Shown: in pieces, positions 1 to 12,400 of the stretch | Numbering within the stretch: the stretch's first letter is position 1 | Layout of the letters: each line of letters begins with the position of its first letter | NCBI GenBank assembly: GCA_021613535.1 | Contig: CP075493.1 | Coordinates: forward strand, 1,612,001 to 1,676,000 | Length of the DNA stretch: 64,000 nt | Direction: 5' to 3' | Origin: Adineta vaga | Lineage: Eukaryota > Animalia > Rotifera | Translations under genes and position numbers: made by a program | Notes under the pieces: generated by a model | Told to the model about the DNA's origin: nothing | The model's input: only the letters and a program-made list of their open reading frames with translations | Databases searched by the model: none

Positions 1-3000
1 TCATTTTTGCTCTTTTCAAGTTGTTGTTGCATTTGATGCATATCACCTTTGATTGAATCACGTTTTTCACAAACTTTTTCATATTTTTCTTGTAATTCTT
101 GATAAAGCAATTGTTCATCTTGAAGTTGTTGTTCTAATTCTTTCTGACGAATTAATAAATCTTCACGTGCTTTTTTTATCGTATCATCACGTTCTACAAC
201 ACCCTAGAAAACAACAATTCAAATACAAGAAATTCAATTATGATTCAGAAAATACGAATTACATCTTTCAGTTTTTGAATTGTATCCAATTGACTTTCGA
301 TAATTGTTTGTTTAATTCGACATGTATCTACTTCTTTATCCCATTGTTTCTTCAGCGTGTTTACTTCACTTGTTAAAGTTTGTATAGTTGATTCTAAACG
401 ACCACGATCTTGAGCTAATGAAGCACCTATTGACGAAAAAAATAACTTTCATTGATTGATTTGTTTGGAAAAAAAGATGATTTACCTTGATGTGCTAATT
501 CATGACTCCATAGTTTCTTTTCTTCTCGTAGACCAGATAGAATTGATTCTTGTGCTACAAGACGTGCATCAATTTCTCGACGTTCTTTTTGTAAAATTAA
601 AATTTGTTCACGAATCTTTTTCAATTCATCAATAGCACGTTCAAATTTCGTTGTTAAATGTTTATTTTGATGAGTTAAATGTTCATTTGCTTTCGTTTTC
701 TCTTGTAAACGTTGTTTTTGTTCACGAACTAACTATGAAGATCGAATAGAAAACGAACAGAAATAGAAATATTAGTTTTGTCTTTGTGAAAATATTTACC
801 ATCATAAGATCATTGACCATCTTTCGATCAGATTCTTCACGTTGTTTAATGTTCGATGAAGACGAATGAAGAAGTTCATTTTCTTTTTGAAGAATTTCAT
901 TCGTTTTATATAACTAAAATTCAAAAATCAGTAAATATTTTCATTCGATTTGAATTCATAAGACAATCGTTATTAGAGAGTTTTGTATTTACCTCTTGAT
1001 ATCGACGTTCTTCAATTTTCAATGCATCACGAAATTCATCCTCGAGTTTTTTGTATTCAACAGCTAATGATTGTAATCTAAAATATAAATTGATTGTATT
1101 GAAGTCAACAGAATAGATTTCAAGAATGAAATGTGTTTTATCTTACTTTTCTTGTTGATGTGCTAATTCAGTTCGATGAATATCTTCTTTTCGTTGAATT
1201 TCTTGTTTAAGATATTGTTGTACTTCAGTTGCTTGTAAATCAATTCGACATTTTTCTAATTCTTGTTTATGTTGAACTTCTCGTGTTGTATACAATTCTT
1301 GACATTCTCGTAATTGTTGTTTGATTTTCTTTGATTCATTTTGTAATGATTCATTCTCTTGTTGTAAATTATTTGCTCGACGTTCCCAATTTCGACTTTT
1401 TTCATTCTGAAAACAAACAAAAATGTACCGTATATTTCCAAAGTCGAACAAATCATTTGATTCTTTTCATACCTCAGTTAAGCGTAGTTCACTTTTTTCA
1501 CTTTCTAATTTACTTAAATTACTTTCAAGAGTTTTAATCAATTGTAGATTTGTATCATGCGCTTTTTTATATGATGATAATTGATCTTCTGTACTTCGAA
1601 GACGAGTCTAAATCAAATCATGACAAATTCAATCGATTAATAAATTATTTCGACTTACTTTATAATCATCAACAATGGCTGCTAAATCTTGAAATTTTGA
1701 TTTTTCATCTGCTAACCTTTGTTTATGTTTTTCACTTATCTCTTGTATAATAGTTTCATTTGTTCGACCATCATTTGCTGAAAACAGAAAAAACAATCAC
1801 ATTATTGATTTCTTATGTCGAAAAAAAAACATTAACAAACTTCGTTTTTCTAATCCACTGATAATATCATTTAAATGTTTGATTTCTTGTTCTGAACGCC
1901 AACGTTTATCACGTTCATAATCGAGATCTCTTAATGTTGCTGTATAGATTTCATTTAAATCGTCATTTTCATTATCTCGACTCATTCGATAATGATATTC
2001 ATCACAATCACGTTCACGTGTTGTATTAAATAAGGATGGATGAGGTTCTATTGTGAATGGACGAGTATTTTCATCGATCATACTATGAGATTTCGTTTGA
2101 TTTGTTGTTGGAAGTGGATGAGGTGGTGGAGATGAGGAATTATTTAATGATATTTGAGTTTTAGTGGGTATTTTTTTACTAAAAACAAAGAAAATTAAAA
2201 GAAAGAAAGAAATGCTTTTCTCCTTACGTTGTGATTGGTTGTTGTCGAGGTGTTGATTGAATAACGGTATTACTAATCGTTGATCGCGGTTTCAATCGAG
2301 TAGTTTTTGTAGGCATTGAATCCGATTCGTTATCTGTAGACGGAGATCGAGCTGAAAAAGCAAAGAATAGAAAGAAAAACTTAATATTATAATAATCAAC
2401 AAACCCGAACGTTTATCATGATTCAGAGGACGTCGAGTAGAAGGTTTTGTATTTCGAGGTACATATTCACTTTCCATTCCCTAACACAACAAGAAAATCT
2501 CGACATATGATTTTCCAAAGAGACAACATACAGAAAGCGATCCATTTTGTATATCAGCACTTGTTGTTGTACTTGATTCCATAACTTTTGGATTATGTCG
2601 AAGTGCATTCAATGCTGCAGCTATTTTCGGATATTGTTGTGAGATCGAATTCGTGACATCGTGCTAAATTTTTCAATAAAATAAAATTCTTTTGAAATAA
2701 ATCAACATACTAATTGTTCTCGTGTTTCATTTGTTAAACCAACATACTGTTCGATACCTAAAGCAATTTTCTAACGAATGAAACTTTCTTTTTAATAAAA
2801 ACTTCATACCTGTAAGACCTTGACTGTTCATATCTTTCTTTCCATGTTTATCCATTCCATCAAGACTAATTAATGTTCGAAGACGATTGAATAATGTTAT
2901 TCGATATGCTATATGAATAGAAAATGAAATAATTCATTGAAGAAATAATGATTTTCTTACTATCTTTTCTTGCTATTGGATTTTCTCGAACAGTCAAATG

Positions 3001-3585
3001 TTGTAAACGAGAAATACCATTGAAATTTTTAATAATATCATCCAAAGAACTAATTAATAAGAGAATAAAAGATATTCTTTAGAGACAAACATTCTGTTTT
3101 CTTACTCGATTTGATTTCCATGTAATTGAACAATCGCTAAATTATATTCTGGTCCCCAGAGATCTTGAAAACCTTGTAAGAATTCAATTTTATTATAAGA
3201 TAAATTCAACCAAGATAATTTCCTAAAGACAAAAAAAAGAATAATCATTTTGTTTTTTTTTCTCATTTTATTGTTAATTTTACTTTAAGGAGAATAATCC
3301 TTCAACAATAACAATTTTATTTGAAGCTAAATTTAATGTATCTAATGAAACTAAACCTTCTAAACCTTGAATTCTTGTAATATTATTTGATGATAAATCA
3401 AGATGAGTTAAAAAATTTAAACCCGTTAAACCATTAATTCGTTCAATTTCATTCGAATGTAAATTAATTGAAAGTAAATTTTTATGCAATGGAATTTCAT
3501 CAATATTTCGAATTCCATGTGCCATAAGACTAAGATCAGTTGTTTTCACATTTAATTGATCATTATTATTCAATTCCAAATCCAT
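1..3585 (-). CDS. LRRCC1: Leucine-rich repeat and coiled-coil centriolar protein 1 (multi-exon; 3' end lies beyond window start)
   Basis: ATG at 3585. N-terminal SDS22-type LRRs (LLSINLHSNEIERINGL, LTHLDLSSNNITRIQGLEGL) followed by long coiled-coil exons. These include WSHELAHQGASLAQDRGRLE across the 427-485 intron region, matching the LRRCC1 WGHELAQQG...RGKLE motif. Many short GT-AG introns. Confidence 0.85.
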
Positions 3586-4195
3586 GAGAAGATCTTTTTA
3601 AATTATATATACAAACATGACATGTTACATGGATATTTGAAAAATAATAAATAGTAATAGTAGATTCATGCAAAGAGAAATGATGATTCAGTGAAGATAG
3701 TAACGACCTCTATGTGCATTCATGTGATGAATTTTGAAGAAGAAACATTGTTATGAAGGTGTTCTCAACGTAACAGAAAACATGAATGGCTGTTGTACAC
3801 TGTTTCTTTAGAGAATAACATTGGTTTAGATATAACGAACAAGAATGGTGGTCAGCGTTGAATCGATGCCAAATAGGTAGGGATATACAATGAATTAGCC
3901 AATCATGCTTATAGGAACATTAGAATCTACAAGAACCATTCTTTCGCTTTATAAAAAAAACATAAACTATTATGATTGATAAGAAAAATTGTAGGAATAG
4001 TTAACCTTCGCGAAATGATCATTGTTTAATAGATCTGGCAAATAAAAAAATGAATGAAGTGTAAGGAGAATAATCCTAGTCATTTTCACAGATGGCCTGA
4101 TGAAATTCCATTGAATTTATCTACTCAAGAGATACAGAATATAAACTAATCTATTCCACATCTTACCTTCACTTACAACATTCTCCTTCTAATGT

Positions 4196-4208
4196 GTTGC
4201 TAAGCAGA
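4196..4208. promoter_or_regulatory. Putative RFX X-box in the divergent LRRCC1 / EF-hand promoter
   Basis: GTTGCTAAGCAGA resembles the RFX consensus GTTGCYNRGCAAC. It lies between a centriolar gene and a probable ciliary gene. Confidence 0.35.
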
Positions 4209-4418
4209 ATATCATTATGAATCAAACTGATCTTTCCTTCTTTTATAACCGATGCAATGCAAATACATTTTTTAACAAAGTGTAATCGAGATCATATATT
4301 TTTTATTCAAACTTATAGATATGAATGATGTTGCGTACATAACGATGAACACTCTTTGTCATCAGTATGTAAATCTAATGATTTTGTATATTTTAGTTCG
4401 ACAAATGCGTACAATTCA

Positions 4419-7400
4419 ATGTCAGGAGAATCTGCATTGGATCCTCAAACAATAATTCGATTGGCAGAAGAAAAAATTCGTGTTAAAACAATTGCATTAG
4501 GTCTTCGTGTAACGGAATTTTTTCATGATTTCGATCGTCTACGGTCAGGTTATGTAACATCATCTCAATTTAAACGGTACTTATTTCAATAGAATTTTTG
4601 TTAATCTTCATTCTTTTTCTTTCGTAATCTAGATGTTTGGATACTAATCTTCGTCTTCAATTAACACCTGACGAAGAAAATTTACTCTTTCAAAAATATG
4701 ATCTTAAACGTGATGGAAGTATTTGTTATCGAGATTTTTGTGATGTGATCAATCGAAGTAAGTTTTTATGAAACAAACTAATCGAATTCTATTTCAAATA
4801 ATAATACCTTCTAGAATATCCTGAAACAACGATCACTGCTCATCCAGAAAGTTTAACAAATGCTGCTCCACCCTATCTGAATTCATGGCGTTCAACTCGT
4901 CATATTGGTACGCAAGATGAAAGTGAACGTTTAAAAGATGTTCTTCAACGTATTGCTATTTATTGTAAACAACGTCGTATTGATGTGTTAACTGCAATGG
5001 AACATTATGATAAACATCAAATGGGTGAAATCACTGATAGTCAATTCTATCGTGCTTATGTTGGACCAGAATTAAATGAAGCTGAAATGACACTTCTTCG
5101 TGATAAATATTCTGATCCAAGCAAACCAGGTTTAATGAATTATTTAAATTTCGTTCAAGATCTTAATCGAATTGCACGTGCTAATGAAACAACATCATTA
5201 TTTCCTACAACAAATAACGCTGATCAAACTCCATTCATTGGCGTTGAAGAACAAGTAAAAGTTCTTATAATTTTCTTTTTATCAATGTTAATTGAATTCA
5301 TATGTTTTCCTAGCCTGAACAACGTTCAATTCAAGAAATTTTAGATAAAATTCGTATAGCAACATTTAAATATGGCATTCGTATATCAGATTTTTTCAAA
5401 GATTATGATAAATTACGTAGTGGTGTGATTACAGAAACTCAATTTGAAAATGCACTGTCATTGAGTGTACAGAAACAAGCATTTTTAAATATCAATGATA
5501 TTAAGAAATTAACGGAATATTATCGAAGACCAGATGGTCGAGTTTATTATAAAGAATTTGTTGATTCAATGGAAAATGCTTTTAATATTCCTGAATTAGA
5601 AAAAAAACCTTTGACACAAGTTCATCGACCAGGACAAGGACTCTTATCAAGAGTATGACGATTTCTAGATCTCGTCATTCAATTCTTCATATCTTTCTTT
5701 TAGCCATTGAATACGAATTTATCACCTGATGAAGAAGATCGAGTAACAGAAATCTTAGGAACGATTATTGAAAAAGTAAAAAAACGTCGTCTAGTACTTT
5801 TTCCATTTTTTAAACCCTATGATCGAGTAAGAGTTTAATTCGAAACAAAAAACTTTTCAATTTCAATTCTTCTCTTGTAGAGTAAAGCATTTACACGTGC
5901 TTGTACAAAACATCAATTCGGACGTGTACTTCGAACATTGGATTTAATTCCATCACCGTATGATTTCAATATTTTATGTAAAAAATTTGAAGATCGAGAA
6001 AATGGAGATATTAATTATGCATTATTCTGTCAAATGACTGAACAAGGTAGGATCAGTACCGGTTTTGTTTTTCTTTATTTAGAATTACATTCATCTTAAT
6101 TGAGTAGATTTTGTGGCGATTAAAATTGAAGCGGAAGAAGAATATCCATGTGAACGTGCTCGAATGGATGAAGAACAAAAACGAGAAAAATTAAATATTA
6201 TTGTTGATACATCGAATATAAATCTGAATGATTTAATGGGTCGTATTCGGCATCATGTTTTAATCAATCGAATTCGTGTATGTATTTTTACACTGATGAA
6301 TTTATTTAAGTGTTCTTTTTTTCGTATAGGTAAAAGAATTTTTTGAAGATTTCGATCCTCTTCGTTTGGGAACCATTAGTCAAGCACGATTTATTCGTGT
6401 TTTGTCTAGTTTAGGTCTTACAGGTCTTGATGGTGTACCACTAACCGAAACACAAATGTTTGCTCTATGTAATCATTATCGTCATCCTGAACAACGTGAT
6501 CTTATTCAATGGAAACAATTCGAAAGTGATGTGGAATCAGGTTGAGAACTTTCATCTAAATCAATCAAGGATTTTGATTTTGTTTTTTTTTATTTAAATA
6601 GTTTTTACATTATCTGATTTGGAAAAAGCACCAACAGTTCAAGTTTCACCTCAAACAATCTATGAAATGCCAACAACTGGAACACCTGATTGGACAAATA
6701 TTGATCCATATAATAAAGAAGAATTACATCAAGCAATGGAAGCATGGAAAGCAAGTTGTGATCAACGACGACTCAATGTTTATCAACCATTGAAACAATT
6801 CGATAGGTAATTATTTGAATTCATATTCGATTGGAAAGTAAATCATCGTTTTTCTAGACATAATCGTGGTCATGTTACTCGAGGACAATTTCGTCAATGT
6901 TTAGCTATTGCTGGTTTACCTTATACTCCAAAACAATTAGAAGCAGTTGAAGCTGCTTTTATGGATGATGATGGTTTTGCTTATCGTCGTTTTCTTGAAT
7001 GGATTCAACCACGTCGTATCGATCCACTTCGTTACAATATTTTACAAAAAGAACTTCAAGATTTAAATAAACAAAAAGTTCTACCTGAAACAAAACCATT
7101 AAGAAGTATTCAAGATGTTTTACAGAAGATTAAAGGACAAGTAAATCGATTTATTATTATCTAATTAAGAAAAATTCTTTTTCCAAAAAACGAAAATAGG
7201 TATTTCGTCGTCGTATACGTCTCTATGAATGGTTAAAAGATCATGATAAACTAAATTGTGGTCGATTGCCATTTGATACATTTCGTCGTGCATAAACCCA
7301 TGTCAATTAGAATTAATGGAAAGTGAATTGTCTTTATTGGAAGATTAGTAAGTTGAATTTTGATTATTTTTTTGAGGAAAATTTCACTTCATTTTGTTCA

Positions 7401-9346
7401 TGAAGAGATTTACCATCGAAGAAATCCAGTAAACTTTGTACAGTTGTTTCAGCAATGTTTTTTAGAGCTTCTTCTGTAAGAAATGCTTGATGGGATGTAA
7501 TAATTGTATTAGGCATTGAGATTAAACGAGCTAATGTATCATCTTCCATGACCTTGAAACGAAAAGATTTTATAATAAGAGAATTTCTATCGATCAAAGT
7601 ATTTTACTTGTTGACTAAAATCATTGAAAAAGTATTTCTTCTCAAATTCATATACATCTAAAGCAGCACCTCGTAATTTTCCTGCTTTGAGACAATCAAC
7701 AAGTGCTTTTGCGTCAACTAATCCACCTCGACTTGTATTAACTAAAAGAGCTGTTGGTTTCATTTTTTCTAAAGATTCTTTATTAATCAAATGATAAGTT
7801 GATTCAAGTAATGGAGCATAAATAGATACTAGAAACAAAAAAAGAAATCTTAGAATTTTCTAAAGAAAAGATCTTATTCACATACCAATATCACTTTGTT
7901 GAAGTAATTCATCCTTTGTAACATAGGTAAAACCTTTTTCTTTGGCTGCTTTCTCATCCGGATAGATATCATGAGCTAAAACTTTGCAACCAAAACCCAA
8001 AAATATATTAATAGCACACATTCCAATACCACCCGTTCCAATAATACCGACAGTTTTACCAAAAAGATCGATACCAACAAGACCATCTAATGTAAAATTA
8101 TGTTGTTTCGTACGAAAGAATGCATGATGTAAATTTCGATTGAGAGAAAGTAAAAGAGCAACTGAATGTTCGGCAACTGCATAAGGTGAATAACGAGGTA
8201 CACGACATATTTTAAGTCCAAATTTATCAGCTGTTTCGAGATCAACATTATTAAAACCTGCACTTCGTAAAGCAATAAGTTTTACTGAATGACATTGTTT
8301 ATGTAATTGTTCGAGAATATTTGCATCGAGAATATCATTTACAAAGACACAAATAGCATCGAAACCTTGAGCTTCATCAACTGTTTCATCAGTTAATTTA
8401 CTTTCAAGAAATGTAAAACGAAGTTTTGTTTGACCATTTAATGCTTTGAGGGCTTGTTTGAAAGTTTTTTCATCATAAGTTTTCGAATCAAAAAATAGAA
8501 CTTTGTATTGTGACATTGATTTCTTGAGAAAACTAAAGATGAAAAATAAGAATATACATCTATTGACTGATGAATTCAATCTGAGTATTTTTATTTAGTT
8601 AAATGTACTTACAGTATAGAATCTTATTTCGTTATAGTAACAACGTTTGAGTCAGAGAGAAAGAGAAAAACAAACGGTAACGAAAACGTTGTCTCTCTCT
8701 CTTTTATAAACGAATAGAACGACAAAATCTAAAGAGCAGGAAAGAGAGAAAAAAAGAAACACATACGAATCGTAATGTTTTGTCGTGGTAACGATTGATG
8801 TATTCTTATATGTGAATTGATTTAGTTACCGATCACGTGTGGATGTCAATGCTATTGATTATAAGAAATTTTGTGAAGAAATTGAATCGATATTTACAAC
8901 AGATTTTCTGGAAAAAAATCCTTTGGTTGATTCTGAACAATATGTTCCGATAAAAGATGCAGCAAATATTCGAATGGATCCTGATAAAGAAGATCGAATT
9001 AAAGTTCTAATGGAAAAAATGGCAAAACGAGTTAGTCAAATAGTTTGTTCTATGTATATTACATCATTTCTATTTGTTTGTTTCTTTTGAAAAGGTTCAT
9101 GTTCGTCGTTTTCAATTATTTCCTTTATTCGAAGATTTTGATCGTGTCCGTAATGGTCATGTTACACAAAGTCAATTCTTACGTGTTCTAAATGATCTGG
9201 GCTTATTAACATTATTAAGTGGATTTGAAAAAGATAATTTATTGGAAAAATTTCGTGTTCGTATTGGTGGACGTGATGATATGGATTATTTGACATTCTG
9301 TCATGAACTTAATACTTTAGCTGGTTTTGAAGCTGGTATACCATAA
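4419..9346 (+). CDS. Multi-EF-hand repeat protein (EFCAB6-like, probably ciliary); apparent 1-nt frameshift near 7292
   Basis: Repeated degenerate EF-hand pairs (FFHDFDRLRSGYVTSSQFKR, FFKDYDKLRSGVITETQF, FFEDFDPLRLGTISQARF, LFEDFDRVRNGHVTQSQFLR) in exons joined by short introns. A 1478-nt intron (7348-8825) holds a nested gene. Stop at 9344-9346. The exact start codon is uncertain. Confidence 0.75.
7364..8516 (-). CDS. D-lactate dehydrogenase / D-2-hydroxyacid dehydrogenase (bacterial LdhA-like), nested antisense in the EF-hand gene intron
   Basis: Exons 8516-7886, 7828-7608, 7552-7364; GT-AG introns of 57 and 55 nt. Motifs LIALRSAGFNNVDL, YSPYAVAEH, Rossmann GIIGTGGIG, NTSRG (Arg), DVYEFE (Glu), TSHQAF (His). 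Confidence 0.92.
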
Positions 9347-9481
9347 ACAATTTTATTAATGAATTCTGTGCCTGAAATGAAGACATACATGCTTGCACAC
9401 ATTTTATTTTTTTTTCTTTCTTATTCTTTTCCGCAAAAAGAAAATAAAATCAATCAATCAAAGATATGTCTCAATGATAAT

Positions 9482-12400
9482 TTAAGAATAATGAATTTGT
9501 CGAAATGATGATCCTGTAGTCGTCGGCGCCGTTGATGAACGAAATCTTTAGAAAAGAAAGAAATAAAGATGAATGAGAAAGAATGTCAAGAACAATTACC
9601 GTTTTTGTTTTTTCATAAAACATTTAGCAGGTGCAAATGATTGACGATTTCGAAATCGACCAGATATAATTGTAATCGGCCGAGTACGAACACAATATTG
9701 TTCACTTTGAATTTCTAACCAAAGATGATATTTTCCATTGATCAGATCATAGACAACTGCCTGATAAGTATTTGTATCATATTCGCCATGTAAATGAATT
9801 GCATGTGTTAAAACATTTTCTGATAGCAACTACAAAGAAAAAACAAAAGAATTAAATTTCAATGTTATGTTATCTATTATACTCGAAATCCGATTAATTT
9901 ATCTGTTTCATCTTCTAAATGAGGATGTTCCCAATCAACTATAACAGTTCCTGTTTGTCCATTATCTATACGTCGAAATATTCCTGGTTTAATACCAGGC
10001 CAAGTGAATTTCACACCACGTGACAATGGACTAGCAATATTTTTATCATGACTCAATGCTTGAACATGAACTGTATATTCTTCACATGCTGAACCAGTCG
10101 TTAATGTATAAGTTAATTGATCATGTGAAAGAATTGCTAGGAGACGATTATTCAAATAAATCTTATAACCTATTATACTAAGTTCACCAGATGTTGGTGA
10201 TGGACGCCATTCAACTGTTACATGATCATGCATACGTTCTCTAAATAGAAATAAATAGAAATGAAAAAAATCAAAGATATCATCATTAGAAAGAAAAATG
10301 ATGTTACCGAATTGCAACAATTGGAGCATTGGGTGGAACACTCATTTGAATAGTTTTCTTTTCGGATGTATATAATATTTCACCATCTCTACCTGCAGCT
10401 AAAACCATAATTGTATAACTAAATCCAGGTTTCAAATCTCGCAAAGTCTTTAAAAATAGAAATGAAAATTAGAACAAAATCGATTTCCTTTTCTTTCTTC
10501 ATCTTACCACATGATGCTTTTGTTTGGATACTTGCATAGTTTGTATTTCATTATTATTTAAACAAGTCGAATGAATATAATATGAACGTATATCTCTCAT
10601 CGGTATAAATGATTGCCAATCAATGGAAAGTTTCTCTTCATTGATAGTTTCAATTTGTACGGGGATAAATCGATTTTCGTCATGACTATTACCAATAAAA
10701 CGTACTGTTGGTGTTGTTATAACTGATAATGTTTGTGACATAATAGAACGTGTACGTTGAGGATTATTTGTTAGAGCACAAATATTCACGTCATATGTTC
10801 GATTTATATTTGAAGAGATTTCTGCGCGACGTAAATGAACTTCAGCCATATTTCCTGCTTTTTTTCCCTCGATATATAATTGAAAACCCATTACTGGTAT
10901 TCCATAAGATTTCGGTTCAGACCATTCAACAGCAAAACTTGTCTCCGATGTTTTAACAAGCCATAGTTTCGGTGCATCGGGTTCACCTGGTATTGGCATT
11001 TTTAATTGTTTATAATAATGTTTGATATTATCATTTGTCATCAGAATTATTTCAATAATATAAAATTCTTTTTCATCAGATACATCTAAATACATTTATT
11101 ATAGATAATGATGAGATTTTTTTGGAAAGGGAAACTCACCTATTGTAAATGATGTTTCAGTAGGTTTGAATGTTTTCTGTTGAATACGTAGATCTTTGGA
11201 TGATTGCCATTGAAGAATAATATGTGAAATTGTTTTAATATCATCCAATATTGTCCAATGTACATTGATCTTTCCCAAAGGTTTCACTTCATTTCTTTGT
11301 TCAACAGTATTTTCTTTAGTCACATGATGATGAAATTCGAAATTCGCTTGAAAAGAACGAAGAAGATCTAAATACTCAACGGAAATTTAACAAAAAATCA
11401 AATGATATTTTTATTTTTACCTTCATCTGTTAGCATTTGAATACGTAATTTTTCTGACGGTGTTTCATCAACTTCATCACTTTGAACAAACTATTTCGAA
11501 AAGATAAACAAAAATTATGCTAGATAATTACGTTCTTTACCGTTTCATTTAAGTATTCATTTTGAATAGTCGTTCGTGCAACTAATCGTACTTTGTATTC
11601 TTCACCTGATTGACATTCTGTCAATGTACATTGATATTGATCATCATCTAAACTATTGTATTTTTCTCCATTAATTTCCACTCTATAACCAAGTAATTTT
11701 CGATGTATTGGAACTTTTTCATGTAATCTTTCCGGATGATTCATACTATTGAACATATTTGGTTTATTCCAGGTTAAATCAATTGTTGTTGTTGTATAAC
11801 CAGTTAAACAAATTTCTGGTCTTTCACATAAACCCGAAATATGATAACAGACAGAAGTTGTTTCACTGATTGTTAAACGAATTTCTTTTTCATTGGTTTC
11901 ATCGTCAAGATTAACTTTCGTACGAAATATGGAATCAAGTGATATTCTATATAAACCCAATTGTAAAATTCCAGGTATGACTGCATTCATAGTATTACAA
12001 TCAAGTTCTAAACTATGCTCATCACCGCCTTGTTCCAATTTCCATCGAAGTATTTGACTAATCAGTTCTGTTGAACCGTAAGCTTTCGGTAACATCCATT
12101 CAAGTTCGATAGATTCAATCGTTGCACTACGAATACAAAGTTGACTTGCTGGTTCGCAACCACTTGTTGTAAATGTTAAGCTTTGACTGATTAACCAAGT
12201 GGATGGTTCTAATGATTTTGGTAATTGTGAAAGATCAGAAAAATTCATTTCATTTAAATATTCATCTGTAATTGCATAAATTGTTACATGATATTCGGTA
12301 CGTTCATTTAGATTTGATAGTAAAAAGTCTGTAGTATCAGGTGTTAAGTCAAAAATAATATCTTTTGAATGTTTTCTGGTAGAAATTGATTCACAATGAA

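Noticed and set aside
4321-4396. Upstream in-frame exon for the EF-hand gene (ATG 4321)
   Set aside because: It needs a 32-nt intron, well below the 45-65 nt seen elsewhere. The start is left at 4419 pending cDNA.
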